A stretch of 64,000 nt of DNA from Candidatus Latescibacterota bacterium (lineage in GTDB: Bacteria; Latescibacterota; UBA2968; UBA8231). Below the pieces are notes generated by a model. It saw only the letters and a list, made by a program, of their open reading frames with translations, did no database searches and was not told where the DNA came from. The DNA is taken from contig OZ252098.1 of NCBI GenBank assembly GCA_965248355.1, positions 640,001 through 704,000 of the forward strand, in the 5' to 3' direction. Position numbers and translations under genes: made by a program. This document shows positions 1 through 8,853 of the stretch, in pieces (within the stretch, counting starts at the first letter, position 1; each line of letters opens with the position of its first letter).

Positions 1-936
1 CTGACGGCTACCGACTCGGCGGTCAAGAACAGCGTCGGCCTGGGCCCCGGATCCTGCGCGGCCCTCTCGGTGGCCGGCCGGCTCCACCTGCTGGAGACGG
101 CCTCGGGACGGGTCCGCTGGCAGGCCGACCTGCCCGGCTTTCCCGAGCGCTGGATCTACACCTCGCCCGTCATCGCCGGCGACACCGTGTTCGTCGGGAA
201 CAAGGGGGGCTGCGGCGCCTTCGACCTGGAGACGGGCGCGCAGCGGTGGTACGTCGTCTTCGACACCGGGGACGACGGCCCGTGCTACGCCGGCCCCCGG
301 GTCTGGGGGGATCTCCTCGTCGTCTTCGTCCCGCGCCGGGGCCTGATCGCCCTGGACCGGCACGAGGGAAGGGTGGCATGGGAACGGAGCCTGTACGTCG
401 AGCATCCCCTGGCCCGGCCCGTCCTGGCCGGCGACCTGCTGGTGAGCGGCAGCGAGGCTCCCGAGGTGCACTGGTACCGCGGAGACCCCGCCCATCTGAT
501 CGTCCTGCGCGCGCAGACGGGCGAGACCGTCTGGCATCGGCCCGTGATTCCCTCGCGGTACCCGTCGGGGCTGGCGGTCCGGGAGGACCGGATCTTCGCG
601 ACCACGCCGGACGGGGAGGCCCTGTGCCTCGATCTGCACTCGGGGGAGTTGTTGTGGCGCTACGGGGTGGGGGAGGACCTGCTGGACATGGTGACGGCCC
701 GGCGCCAGGTGCGGTCCATCCTCGCCGACCCGGTCCTCCTCGGGGACCGGGTGCTCGTCGGCGCCAACGACGGCTGTCTCCACGTCCTGAACGCGGAGAC
801 CGGCGCCTGCGAGAGCCGCATCGCCTTCGGCTCTCCCATCAGCGCCTCCGTCTGCCTCACCGGGGACGGCATCTGCCTGGGGACCTACGACGGCCGGCTG
901 TTCGGTCTGGGCCCCTACTGCGTCCAGAAGGAGTAG
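1..936 (+). CDS. PQQ-like/BamB-type beta-propeller repeat protein (5' end outside window)
   Basis: Frame open from base 1; repeated 'AFDLETGAQRW', 'ALDRHEGRVAWE', 'CLDLHSGELLWRY' and 'SP/A..G' blade motifs; 3' end overlaps the convergent gene. Confidence 0.8.
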   Translation: MTATDSAVKNSVGLGPGSCAALSVAGRLHLLETASGRVRWQADLPGFPERWIYTSPVIAGDTVFVGNKGGCGAFDLETGAQRWYVVFDTGDDGPCYAGPRVWGDLLVVFVPRRGLIALDRHEGRVAWERSLYVEHPLARPVLAGDLLVSGSEAPEVHWYRGDPAHLIVLRAQTGETVWHRPVIPSRYPSGLAVREDRIFATTPDGEALCLDLHSGELLWRYGVGEDLLDMVTARRQVRSILADPVLLGDRVLVGANDGCLHVLNAETGACESRIAFGSPISASVCLTGDGICLGTYDGRLFGLGPYCVQKE

Positions 937-3095
937 AGGCGCGCGTCGCGCAGGTGGAAGCGCAGACGCACGGGGGCGCCTGAAGCCGGCAGCCGGTGCC
1001 GTCCGTTGAAGCGGATCCTCTGCCGCACGGAGTCCCGCGCCGAGGGCAGGCAGTCCCCGGCGGTGTATCCCGGAAGCGGCCGGCCGGCGAGGTCGGTGAC
1101 CTCCACCCGCAGCTCGCCGCCCCGGGCGTCGGCGTTCACGTACAACTGACGGTTGAGCAGCTCGAGGGCCCTCGTCTCCAGCACCCCTCCGCGCGCTCCG
1201 GCGCCGGCGGAGACGAAGCCGTCCAGGCGCAGCCTCCCCATGCCGATGCGGCCCCAGGTGTCCTCCATCATGTGGATCTTCCGGCCCTCGTTGTCCCTCC
1301 ACAGGTGGTCGGCGGTGCGGCCGCTGTAGTAGAACCACAGCTCGTCGCCGACGCGCACGGGCGGCACGGAGATGACGGTGTTGTTCGCCCAGTCCCACTC
1401 CTTGCGGTCCCGGTCGCCGCAGGGGATCAGGGGCTCGCGGAAGGTGCGGTCCCAATGCCGGGGGTCCCGCGCCGAGGCCAGCTGGATGTCGAGGCGGTGC
1501 CGCTCTCCGAGGTGATACATGCGCATCAGGCACAGGTGCACGGTCTCGTAGAAGAAGGGGTTCATCCCGTAGATCTGGTCCTCGTCCTCGTCGCGGCCGT
1601 CCGTCGTCATCTGGAAGACCGTGTCCGACCAGTTCATGCCGTCGGCGCTCTCGGCGTAACCGCGTCCCCGGCGGCCCTGGTAGTGCAGCTTGGCCGTGGC
1701 GAAGTGGACGCCGCGCGGGGGGTCGAAGGCCGTGTCCGTGCAGTCGTAGGCCTGGGCGAGGATGGTGCCGCGGTCCTTCCAGTGGATGCCGTCGGGCGAG
1801 GTCAGCAGGGAGAACCCGCGCACCCGCACCAGGGCCTTGTAGCGCTGCTCCGGGTCGGGCTCGTCCGGGTCATGGGTGATCGAGTTCGCCGAACGGGCCC
1901 CGGTGGCGAGGTCCCAGGGCTCCCACAACTCGTGCTCGATCTCGTCCCGCTCGCGGCTGGCGATGACGATGTTGGTCTTGTCGATGCCTTCGAAGGTGTG
2001 CAGGTCCAGCATCGGCTTGACCCAGTGGAGGCCGTCGTCGCTGAGGGCGAGGCCGGTGACGCTTCTCTTGAGCAGCCGCTGCTGTTGCGGCGGGGGGCCG
2101 TAGACCGGGCAGTAGGCCTTGTAGTACATGCGGAACTTCCCCGTCTCGTCGCGGAACACCGCGCCGCCGCCGAGCACGGCCCCGCCCTCCCAGGGGTGCT
2201 CGGGCAGGATCAGGGGGTTGGCGGGATGCTTGTCGATGGCGTGGAGCCGGCGCTTCACGCCCCGGGTCCGGTGGATCAGCCAGTCGTCGACGAAGAGCTG
2301 CCGGGGCCGGCCCACCGGGATCGGCTCCACCGGCTTCGGCTTGCTGAACCTGAGCACGGGGGCCGGCTCGCCCGCCCTCAGGTCGGAGGAGCGACGCAGC
2401 CGGCCGCCGACGCGGATGTCGTCCCAGTGCCCGCTGCCGACGATCGCCGATGACGAGTCGTCCCCCATGCGGGCGGCGAGGAGGGGGGTGCCGGGGTCCT
2501 GGTCGGCGAAGGCGCCGACGAACCGCTCCCGGCCGGGCGCGCCGGCCCACAGTTGCACCGTGGCCGTTCCTCGGCGCCGCATCAGGATGAACCGCGTCCA
2601 CCGCCTCTGGGACAGGCCCGTCACCACGCGCCGCCTGCGTCGGGGCCGGCGTCCGCCGCCTTCGAGGATGTCGATGTCGTAACGGCCGCTGTCCGCGGTG
2701 CCGTTGGCGATCAGGGTAATGCCGGTGCGCCGGTCCATGTCGCTGTCGCAGGGCTGGAAGACGATCCAGCCGCTCAGCTCCACCGGCCGGCTGCGCACCG
2801 GCCGGAAGACGAACTCGACAACCGTGGCCTCTTCCGGGTCCGGGGCGTCCGCCCGCGCCAGAACGCGGATCATGGCCCGCTGCTTGCGGGCGGTGGTCGC
2901 CGCGTGCAGGGCGCGCTCCCCGGCGAAGGCGAAGCCGCGGGTGACCTCGGTCACCCCGTGGGCCTCCTTGACCCACGGCTCGCCGAGCCAGCGAACGCCG
3001 GCGTTGTTCAGGCCGGTGAGGGTGTCGACGTAGTGCTCGGCGTCCACGTGCAGGACGGCGCCGTCGCTGCGGGGCGGGGGGAGGGGGCGGGTCAC
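915..3095 (-). CDS. Five-bladed beta-propeller glycoside hydrolase-like protein (GH32/43-like) with N-terminal beta-sandwich region
   Basis: 'RQLFVDDWLI', 'KHPANPLI', 'LALSDDGLHWVKP', 'TSPDGIHW', 'LRLDGFVS'; GTG start at 3095 overlaps the higA stop (GTGA) and follows GGAGG. Confidence 0.65.
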   Translation of the reverse strand: MTRPLPPPRSDGAVLHVDAEHYVDTLTGLNNAGVRWLGEPWVKEAHGVTEVTRGFAFAGERALHAATTARKQRAMIRVLARADAPDPEEATVVEFVFRPVRSRPVELSGWIVFQPCDSDMDRRTGITLIANGTADSGRYDIDILEGGGRRPRRRRRVVTGLSQRRWTRFILMRRRGTATVQLWAGAPGRERFVGAFADQDPGTPLLAARMGDDSSSAIVGSGHWDDIRVGGRLRRSSDLRAGEPAPVLRFSKPKPVEPIPVGRPRQLFVDDWLIHRTRGVKRRLHAIDKHPANPLILPEHPWEGGAVLGGGAVFRDETGKFRMYYKAYCPVYGPPPQQQRLLKRSVTGLALSDDGLHWVKPMLDLHTFEGIDKTNIVIASRERDEIEHELWEPWDLATGARSANSITHDPDEPDPEQRYKALVRVRGFSLLTSPDGIHWKDRGTILAQAYDCTDTAFDPPRGVHFATAKLHYQGRRGRGYAESADGMNWSDTVFQMTTDGRDEDEDQIYGMNPFFYETVHLCLMRMYHLGERHRLDIQLASARDPRHWDRTFREPLIPCGDRDRKEWDWANNTVISVPPVRVGDELWFYYSGRTADHLWRDNEGRKIHMMEDTWGRIGMGRLRLDGFVSAGAGARGGVLETRALELLNRQLYVNADARGGELRVEVTDLAGRPLPGYTAGDCLPSARDSVRQRIRFNGRHRLPASGAPVRLRFHLRDARLYSFWTQ

Positions 3096-3385
3096 ACCAC
3101 CTCCCGAGGGCGTATGGCGCGCAAGGCCTCGGCCTTGTCCCGGGCCGCGAGTTCGAGTTCGTAGCGGTCCTGAAGGTTCATCCAACTTCGGGCGTCGGTG
3201 TTGAAGTACCGCGCCAGACGCAGCGCGGTCTCCGCCGTAATCCCCCGGCGGCCGCGGACAATCTCGTTGATCCTCGCCGGAGTTACGCCGATCGCCTTCG
3301 CCAGGGCGGTGTCGGACAACTCCATGGGTTCCATGAAGTCGTGCTTCAGAACCTCGCCCGGGTGGATCGGCTCCAGTCGGGTCAT
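3092..3385 (-). CDS. higA: HigA/VapI family antitoxin (Xre HTH), intact, 97 aa
   Basis: 'IHPGEVLKHDFMEPM...INEIVRGRRGITAETALRLARYF...WMNLQ'; GGAGG upstream of ATG 3385. Confidence 0.92.
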   Translation of the reverse strand: MTRLEPIHPGEVLKHDFMEPMELSDTALAKAIGVTPARINEIVRGRRGITAETALRLARYFNTDARSWMNLQDRYELELAARDKAEALRAIRPREVV

Positions 3386-3407
3386 GTCGGTACCTCCTCG
3401 AAGGGCC

Positions 3408-3555
3408 TCAGTGGTAGTCGAAGGAAGGCGAGCGTCGCGGCGGCGTCCAGTTGGGCAAGCTTGCGCTGGGCAACCCGTTCGACGCTCGCGAAGCGTCGGA
3501 CCCGGTAACCGTTGGCGAGCCTCTCGGTGTCCTTGCAACGGAACCTCAGAATCAT
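3408..3555 (-). pseudogene. higB: HigB (RelE-like) toxin remnant with internal deletion
   Basis: 46 N-terminal codons 'MILRFRCKDTERLANGYRVRRF...RKLAQLDAAATLAFLR' abut the out-of-frame typical C-terminus GAC TAC CAC TGA (DYH*). Confidence 0.85.
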
Positions 3556-3570
3556 CCCAGGCTGAAATCT

Positions 3571-3586
3571 CGCATCTCGATATGCG
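3571..3586. promoter_or_regulatory. Inverted repeat, probable HigA operator in the higBA promoter
   Basis: CGCAT-CTCGAT-ATGCG just upstream of the higB ATG, downstream of TTGCGT (-35-like) on the minus strand. Confidence 0.55.
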
Positions 3587-3641
3587 GAACGCAACCCTCC
3601 ATACTGGCGACTGTCGGGGGCCCTTACCGCGCCCCGGCCGG

Positions 3642-5564
3642 TCACCCCGGCCAGGCCAGGGCGGCGCTCGGCCGGTTGACGTAGCGCCGGGTCTCCAGCT
3701 CGAGGGTGATCCGCGTCGCCGGAGGCAGGTCGACGGCCAGGTGGGTGTCGTCCAGGTCGCGGCTCTCGCCGCCGGCGGCCAGCGGCTCGGCGGCGTAGTC
3801 GGCGCTGTCGCCGGGGTAGTCGCTGAGGAGCCGGTCCCAGGTGACGCGGCCGAAGCGGTGCTCGCCGTAGGCCCCGGCGCGCACGGTCAAGCGGCGTTCC
3901 TCGAAGGGGCTCAGGTTGACCAGCGTGAGGACGGTGCGCTCCGCCGACAGCTCTTCCACGAGGGCGGCCACGTCCCGGGGCAGGCCCGGCCGCCGGCGGT
4001 CGCGGTCCCAGTAGCGCACCCGGCAGTGGAGGAGGCCGCCGTTGTAGAGGGACTGGGGCGCGCCCAGGGTCTGCTGCACCAGGGCCTCCGTCGACACCGG
4101 GTTCACGTGCTGCCAGCGGTGCACGTCGCGGTGCGTGGCATGCTCGCCGTCGCCGCGGATCAGCTCCAGCCGGCGGGCCACCTCGCCGTAACTGGCGCTC
4201 AGCATGCGCTCGGGGAAGCCGGGGTTGGTCCCGTCCAGGAAGCGCAGCCAGGGCTGCTCGTGGCCGGCGTCCTCCTTGTTTCGGAAGCTGAAGACGCCGG
4301 CCCAGTCGTATGCCTCCCGGGCGCGCAGGTCCTCGATGCGGCGCCAGTCGGACAGGGCCATGGACAGGTTCCAGAGGGCGGCCGGGTAGATGGGGGAGAG
4401 GGGCTGCCAGTCGAACCAGCCGGCGTCGCCGCAGCGGTAGGGGACCACCCAGGTGTCGTGGCCCCCGGCGCGCTCCAGGCCCCGCCAGTGGCCGATCCAG
4501 TGGTGGTGCAGGCTCATCTGCTGGCGGCGCAGGTCGCGGGTCTCGCCCATCTCGAAGATGCGGTCCTGCTGGGCCCGCGGCAGCTCCAGCCAGGCCGCGT
4601 CGCCGGTCATGAGCAGGGCGGCGCCGGCGGCCAGCAGGGCCGCCTGCTGCACGTTGTAGAAGCCATGGGGCCAGGTCCAGCCGTAGAGGGCTCCGTGCCA
4701 CTTGCCGTCCATGTGCTCGCCCACCTCGCCGGAGAGGCCCACGTTGTCGGGCAGCAGTCCGCCGTTGGCCCGGGCGAGCTCGGCCCAGCGCCCGGCGTAG
4801 TCGAGGACCCAGGTGCGGTAGCGGTCCTCCCCGGTCAGCAGCCAGGCGTTGGTCACCAGGCTGACGACGGCGAGATTGGCCACGGCGTCGCCGCGGCCCA
4901 TGCGCCGGGCCATGGCGGCGCCCATGGCGCGGGCCCGGGCCGGGTCCCTCAGGTCCTCGGTGGTCTCCACGCCGGGCACGTCGTGGTAGGGGAGCCCGTA
5001 GACGGACATGCCCTCGGACCAGCCGTACGAGTGGTCGGGTCCGTAGAAGTCGAGGGCGGCGCCGCCGGAGCCGTTGAGGGCGCAGCGGATCAGCTTGCGG
5101 TCGTCGTCCCAGTTGTCGACGCCGGGGTCGTGGCCGGTGTAGAGGTCGGCGAACCGGCAGGCCCGCGCCGCGTTGGCCTCGTCGGCGGGATCGGCCAGGC
5201 AGAGGTTGTAGAAGAAGATGTCGCTCTCGGCCTGGTGGAACTGGTCCTCACGGAGGGCGTACTCGTCCCGCACCAGGCCGAAGGCGGTCAGTTGCCGGGT
5301 GACGGCCCGCCAGTGCCGGTGCGACCGCGGCCGCAGGTCGTCGGCGCCGCCGATCAGATGGAGCAGGGGCCAGTTGAAGAAGGCCTCGTAGAAGTCGTCG
5401 GGGCTGCCGGCCGACTCGTGGCGCCAGATCAGGCGGCCGTCGGCCTCGCAGTAGGCCTCGGTGTAGGGCTCCACGGAGGCGTTCATGGCCTCCATGAGGC
5501 GGCGCTGCCAGACCGCCCAAGCGGGCGCCTCGGTGGCCGGTACCGTGGCTCGGATCGGGTCCAT
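3642..5564 (-). CDS. Conserved hypothetical protein, possibly alpha/alpha-toroid (glycosidase/lyase-like)
   Basis: Long ORF with strong GC3 bias, Trp/Tyr/Asp-rich ('DDFYEAFFNWPL', 'LPDNVGLSG...WHGALYGWTWPHG'); ATG 5564 follows GGAG. Confidence 0.7.
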   Translation of the reverse strand: MDPIRATVPATEAPAWAVWQRRLMEAMNASVEPYTEAYCEADGRLIWRHESAGSPDDFYEAFFNWPLLHLIGGADDLRPRSHRHWRAVTRQLTAFGLVRDEYALREDQFHQAESDIFFYNLCLADPADEANAARACRFADLYTGHDPGVDNWDDDRKLIRCALNGSGGAALDFYGPDHSYGWSEGMSVYGLPYHDVPGVETTEDLRDPARARAMGAAMARRMGRGDAVANLAVVSLVTNAWLLTGEDRYRTWVLDYAGRWAELARANGGLLPDNVGLSGEVGEHMDGKWHGALYGWTWPHGFYNVQQAALLAAGAALLMTGDAAWLELPRAQQDRIFEMGETRDLRRQQMSLHHHWIGHWRGLERAGGHDTWVVPYRCGDAGWFDWQPLSPIYPAALWNLSMALSDWRRIEDLRAREAYDWAGVFSFRNKEDAGHEQPWLRFLDGTNPGFPERMLSASYGEVARRLELIRGDGEHATHRDVHRWQHVNPVSTEALVQQTLGAPQSLYNGGLLHCRVRYWDRDRRRPGLPRDVAALVEELSAERTVLTLVNLSPFEERRLTVRAGAYGEHRFGRVTWDRLLSDYPGDSADYAAEPLAAGGESRDLDDTHLAVDLPPATRITLELETRRYVNRPSAALAWPG

Positions 5565-5743
5565 GGCTGGGGTCTCCAGGCTCAACCCTCTTCATCGCTG
5601 TATTCCTCAGGAGTATAGGCCCCTCGACCCGCTCGCCGGAATCGGAGGAGCGGTTGACAGGTGATCAGGATGATCCGGTCGGCGTTCTGAGAGACCCGGT
5701 GCGCAATCGAACCACAAGGTCTCGTCGGCTCAAGAACAAGGAC

Positions 5744-5773
5744 TTGCACCACCGAACGGTATCACCGTACACT
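5744..5773 (+). promoter_or_regulatory. Sigma70-type promoter with embedded operator, probably leaderless higBA transcript
   Basis: TTGCAC-N18-TACACT ending 7 nt before ATG 5781; inverted repeat ACGGT-ATC-ACCGT at 5756-5768. Confidence 0.6.
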
Positions 5774-5780
5774 TGCGTCC

Positions 5781-5918
5781 ATGATCATTCGCTCCGTGCG
5801 CCACCGAGGATTGCGCCGGCTGCTGGAGCATGACGATCCCCGGTTCGTCCGATCGGAGTGGATCGCCCGCGTGCGCAAGATCCTGACCGTGCTCATCCTG
5901 GCCGAGGACATTGCATGA
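5781..5918 (+). pseudogene. higB: Second HigB-type toxin, truncated at 45 aa
   Basis: 'MIIRSVRHRGLRRLLEHDDPRF...RVRKILTVLILAEDIA*' is a HigB N-terminal half; catalytic C-terminal half absent; stop overlaps higA ATG. Confidence 0.8.
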
Positions 5919-6244
5919 ACATGACCCCTTCCCATCCGGGTGACTTCATTCGCACGGAGATCATCGAGGAACTGGATCTCAACATCACGAAGGCCGCCGG
6001 GATTCTCGGAGTCCGCCGAGCGACGCTCTCCGCCCTGCTGAACGGCAACGCGGCCCTGTCGGCGGAGATGGCCCTCCGTATCGAGAAGGCATTCGACGTG
6101 AGCATGGATATGCTGCTGAGGATGCAGGCCTGGTGGGATGCCTCCCGGATGCGTGCTCGCGCAGGGGAGATCGACGTACAGCGCTACGAGCCCCAAACGG
6201 TGGACAAACGACGTCGATCGGGACGAGTTCGCCGGACTGCTTGA
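5915..6244 (+). CDS. higA: HigA family antitoxin
   Basis: 'PSHPGDFIRTEIIEELDLNITKAAGILGVRRATLSALLNG...MALRIEKAF...LLRMQ'. Confidence 0.9.
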   Translation: MNMTPSHPGDFIRTEIIEELDLNITKAAGILGVRRATLSALLNGNAALSAEMALRIEKAFDVSMDMLLRMQAWWDASRMRARAGEIDVQRYEPQTVDKRRRSGRVRRTA

Positions 6245-6268
6245 GCGACCGGTGTTCGACAGAGTCCG

Positions 6269-6892
6269 ATGACCGCCATGGCTGACAAGATCATGAAGAG
6301 GGTGTCCGCCCACCATGGCGGACGGTGGGTGTGCACTCCCAGGGACTTTCTGGATCTCGGCAGCCGCGAGGCGGTCGGCCGGGCCCTGTCGCGTCTCGTG
6401 AAGGCGGGACAGCTGCGCCGGGTGGGCGGCGGCCTGTACGACAGGCCCAGGATCAGCAGTGTGCTGAATCGGCCCGCCCCCGTCGATCTGGAGGCCGCCA
6501 TCGCAGCGCTGGCACGACGGGACGGTGTGCGGATCATGCCGGACGGCCTGGTGGCTGCGAATCAGCTGGGCCTCACCAACGCGGTGCCCGCGAAGGTCAG
6601 CTACCTGACGGACGGCCATTCGAGGACGCTCGAGATCGACGGAAGAACCGTTCGGTTCCGGCACGCGAGCCCCAGCGTCATGCAGTGGGCGGGAAGATCC
6701 GCTGCACCGGTGGTTCAGGCGCTGCGATGGTTGGGCCCCCGTGCGGCCGCGAATGGAGAGATCATCTCGACGCTGAGTCGTCGTCTTCCCGAGGACGTGA
6801 AGCTCGACCTGTGGAACAACAGCCGCGACCTGCCCGGGTGGGCCTTGCCGCTGGCGCGCAGCATCGCGAGCGGTCAGGCCATTGGCGCATGA
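6269..6892 (+). CDS. DUF6088 family protein (AbiEi-like type IV antitoxin/regulator)
   Basis: 'TPRDFLDLGSREAV..ALSRLVKAGQLRRVGGGLYDRP', 'AANQLGLTNAVP', 'VVQALRWLG'. Confidence 0.85.
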   Translation: MTAMADKIMKRVSAHHGGRWVCTPRDFLDLGSREAVGRALSRLVKAGQLRRVGGGLYDRPRISSVLNRPAPVDLEAAIAALARRDGVRIMPDGLVAANQLGLTNAVPAKVSYLTDGHSRTLEIDGRTVRFRHASPSVMQWAGRSAAPVVQALRWLGPRAAANGEIISTLSRRLPEDVKLDLWNNSRDLPGWALPLARSIASGQAIGA

Positions 6893-6997
6893 CCGGAGTA
6901 CCGAGCCATGCAGGGCATGATCCTCGGCGAGGGCCCGGACTTCGGCTGGGTCACGGACCAGTTGCGACATGCCGAAGCTGTGATCAACGGGACCTGA
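6889..6997 (+). pseudogene. Remnant of AbiEii/AbiGii-type nucleotidyltransferase toxin (start codon plus last 33 codons)
   Basis: ATG overlapping the DUF6088 stop, then out-of-frame 'EYRAMQGMILGEGPDFGWVTDQLRHAEAVINGT*', resembling C-termini of DUF6088 partner toxins. Confidence 0.7.
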
Positions 6998-7016
6998 ACG
7001 TGGCGAGAGGACTTTC

Positions 7017-7065
7017 TTGACCTCGGGGGCCCATCCGGCCAGCTTGTATGACTGACCGGTCAGTC
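7017..7065 (+). promoter_or_regulatory. Promoter and perfect 16-bp palindromic operator (TetR-like) for the ABC exporter
   Basis: TTGACC-N17-CAGCTT (7017-7045) followed by GACTGACCGGTCAGTC (7050-7065). Confidence 0.65.
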
Positions 7066-7080
7066 TAACCGGACCCCTCT

Positions 7081-8853
7081 GTGCGAGCCGATCCTCTCCG
7101 ACTCTTTCGCCCCTGGCTGCGCCCCTACCGCCGCCAGATCGTCCTCGGTCTGGCGCTGCTGCTGGTGGCCCAGTCGATCACTCTGGCCCTGCCCCTGCTG
7201 CTGAAGGAGGCCATCGAGCGCGCCGAGCGGGCCTCGAAGGCGGGGGAGGCCGGGGCCCTCGCGGCCCTGGGGGACGTGGCGGTCTACGCCTGGATCATCG
7301 CCGGCCTGGCCCTGGTGGGCTGGGGGGTGAACTTCGGCATGCGCTGGTTCTTCACCAGCGTCTCCCGCCACGTGGAGCACGACATCCGGCGCGCCTACGT
7401 GAGGCACCTCCTGCACCTGCCGCTGCGGTTCTTCCAGGAGCGGCGGGCCGGCGACCTGATGGCCCGCGCCACCAACGACGTGGAGGCGATCCAGCGCTTC
7501 CTGCACCACGCCTTCCGCATGACCCTCATGGGGGTGCTCACCTTCGTCATGAGCCTGCTCCTGATGAGCCTGATCGACTGGCAGCTGGCCCTGCTGGCCC
7601 TGGCCCCGATGCCGGTGCTGGCCCTGGCGGCCAGTCTCGTCTCCGGCCGGGTCCGCAGGGGCTACCGGCGGGTGCAGGACCAGTTCGGGGCGATCAGCTC
7701 CCGCATCCAGGAGAACCTCGGCGGCATGAGGGTGGTCAAGGCGTGTGCCATCGAGGCCCGGGAGATTCGCGACTTCGAAGCGCTCAACGACGAGTACGTG
7801 GAGCGCAACCGGGGACTCATCCACATCCGCAGCCTGTTCTTTCCCTTCACGGGACTCCTCAACGGAGCGTCCATGCTCGCCGTGCTGTGGCTGGGGGGCC
7901 TGGGCGTCATCGACGGCACGCTGACCCTGGGCGCCTTCGTCGCCTTCAACCTCTATCTCATCCGCATGAGCCGGCCCATGTACCTGCTGGGCCGCATGGT
8001 GGAGGAGTTCCAGCGCGCCGCCGCCTCCCTCGGCCGCATCGGCGCCGTCCTCGACCACCCGCCCGAGGACCGCGGCGCCCCGGGCGCCCACCGGCTGAGA
8101 GGGGAGATCGAGCTGCGCGACGTGCACCTCGCCTTCGACGGCCGCGGCCCGGTCCTGGACGGGGTCTCCCTGCGCGTACCCGCCGGCGACACGCTGGCCA
8201 TCGTCGGCCGGGTGGGCTCGGGCAAGTCGACCCTGGTCCGTCTGATCCCCCGCCTGCTGGAGCCGGACCGCGGCCAGGTCCTGATCGACGGCGTGCCCGT
8301 CGAGCGCATCCCCCTGACGACCCTGCGCGCCGCCATCGGCTACGTGCCGCAGGAGGCCTTCCTGTTCTCGGAGACGATCGAGGAGAACATCGCCCTCGGC
8401 CGGGAGGAATCGGCCGGAGGTGCGCAGGCCGGGGCCCCCGTCGAGTGGGCGGCCGGGATGTCGCAGCTCGACCCGGCCGAGTTCCCCGACGGCTTCGAGA
8501 CCGTCGTCGGGGAGCGCGGCGTGACCTTGTCGGGGGGGCAGAAGCAGCGCACCGCCCTGGCCCGGGCCCTGGCCCGCGAGCCCCGCATCCTCATCCTCGA
8601 CGACGCCCTGGCCAGCGTCGACACGGCCACCGAGGAGGGGATCGTGGACAACCTGCGGCAGGTGATGGCGCAGCGCACGACCCTCCTCATCGCCCATCGC
8701 CTGTCGAGCGTGCGCCACGCCGACCGCATCGTCGTCCTCGACGACGGCGGCATCGCCGAGCAGGGCACCCACGACGAGCTGGTCGCGCTGGGCGGACTCT
8801 ACGCCGCCATGCACCGCCGCCAGAGCCTGGCCCGGGAGCTGACACGGTTTTGA
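7081..8853 (+). CDS. ABC exporter TMD-NBD subunit 1 (MdlA/YheI-like)
   Basis: Hydrophobic N-half; Walker A GRVGSGKS, LSGGQKQR, degenerate Walker B ILILDD. Confidence 0.92.
   Translation: MRADPLRLFRPWLRPYRRQIVLGLALLLVAQSITLALPLLLKEAIERAERASKAGEAGALAALGDVAVYAWIIAGLALVGWGVNFGMRWFFTSVSRHVEHDIRRAYVRHLLHLPLRFFQERRAGDLMARATNDVEAIQRFLHHAFRMTLMGVLTFVMSLLLMSLIDWQLALLALAPMPVLALAASLVSGRVRRGYRRVQDQFGAISSRIQENLGGMRVVKACAIEAREIRDFEALNDEYVERNRGLIHIRSLFFPFTGLLNGASMLAVLWLGGLGVIDGTLTLGAFVAFNLYLIRMSRPMYLLGRMVEEFQRAAASLGRIGAVLDHPPEDRGAPGAHRLRGEIELRDVHLAFDGRGPVLDGVSLRVPAGDTLAIVGRVGSGKSTLVRLIPRLLEPDRGQVLIDGVPVERIPLTTLRAAIGYVPQEAFLFSETIEENIALGREESAGGAQAGAPVEWAAGMSQLDPAEFPDGFETVVGERGVTLSGGQKQRTALARALAREPRILILDDALASVDTATEEGIVDNLRQVMAQRTTLLIAHRLSSVRHADRIVVLDDGGIAEQGTHDELVALGGLYAAMHRRQSLARELTRF

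Noticed and set aside
5691..5723. Inverted GAGACC/GGTCTC pair upstream of higBA2
   Set aside because: Only 6 bp with no further support; compatible with chance.
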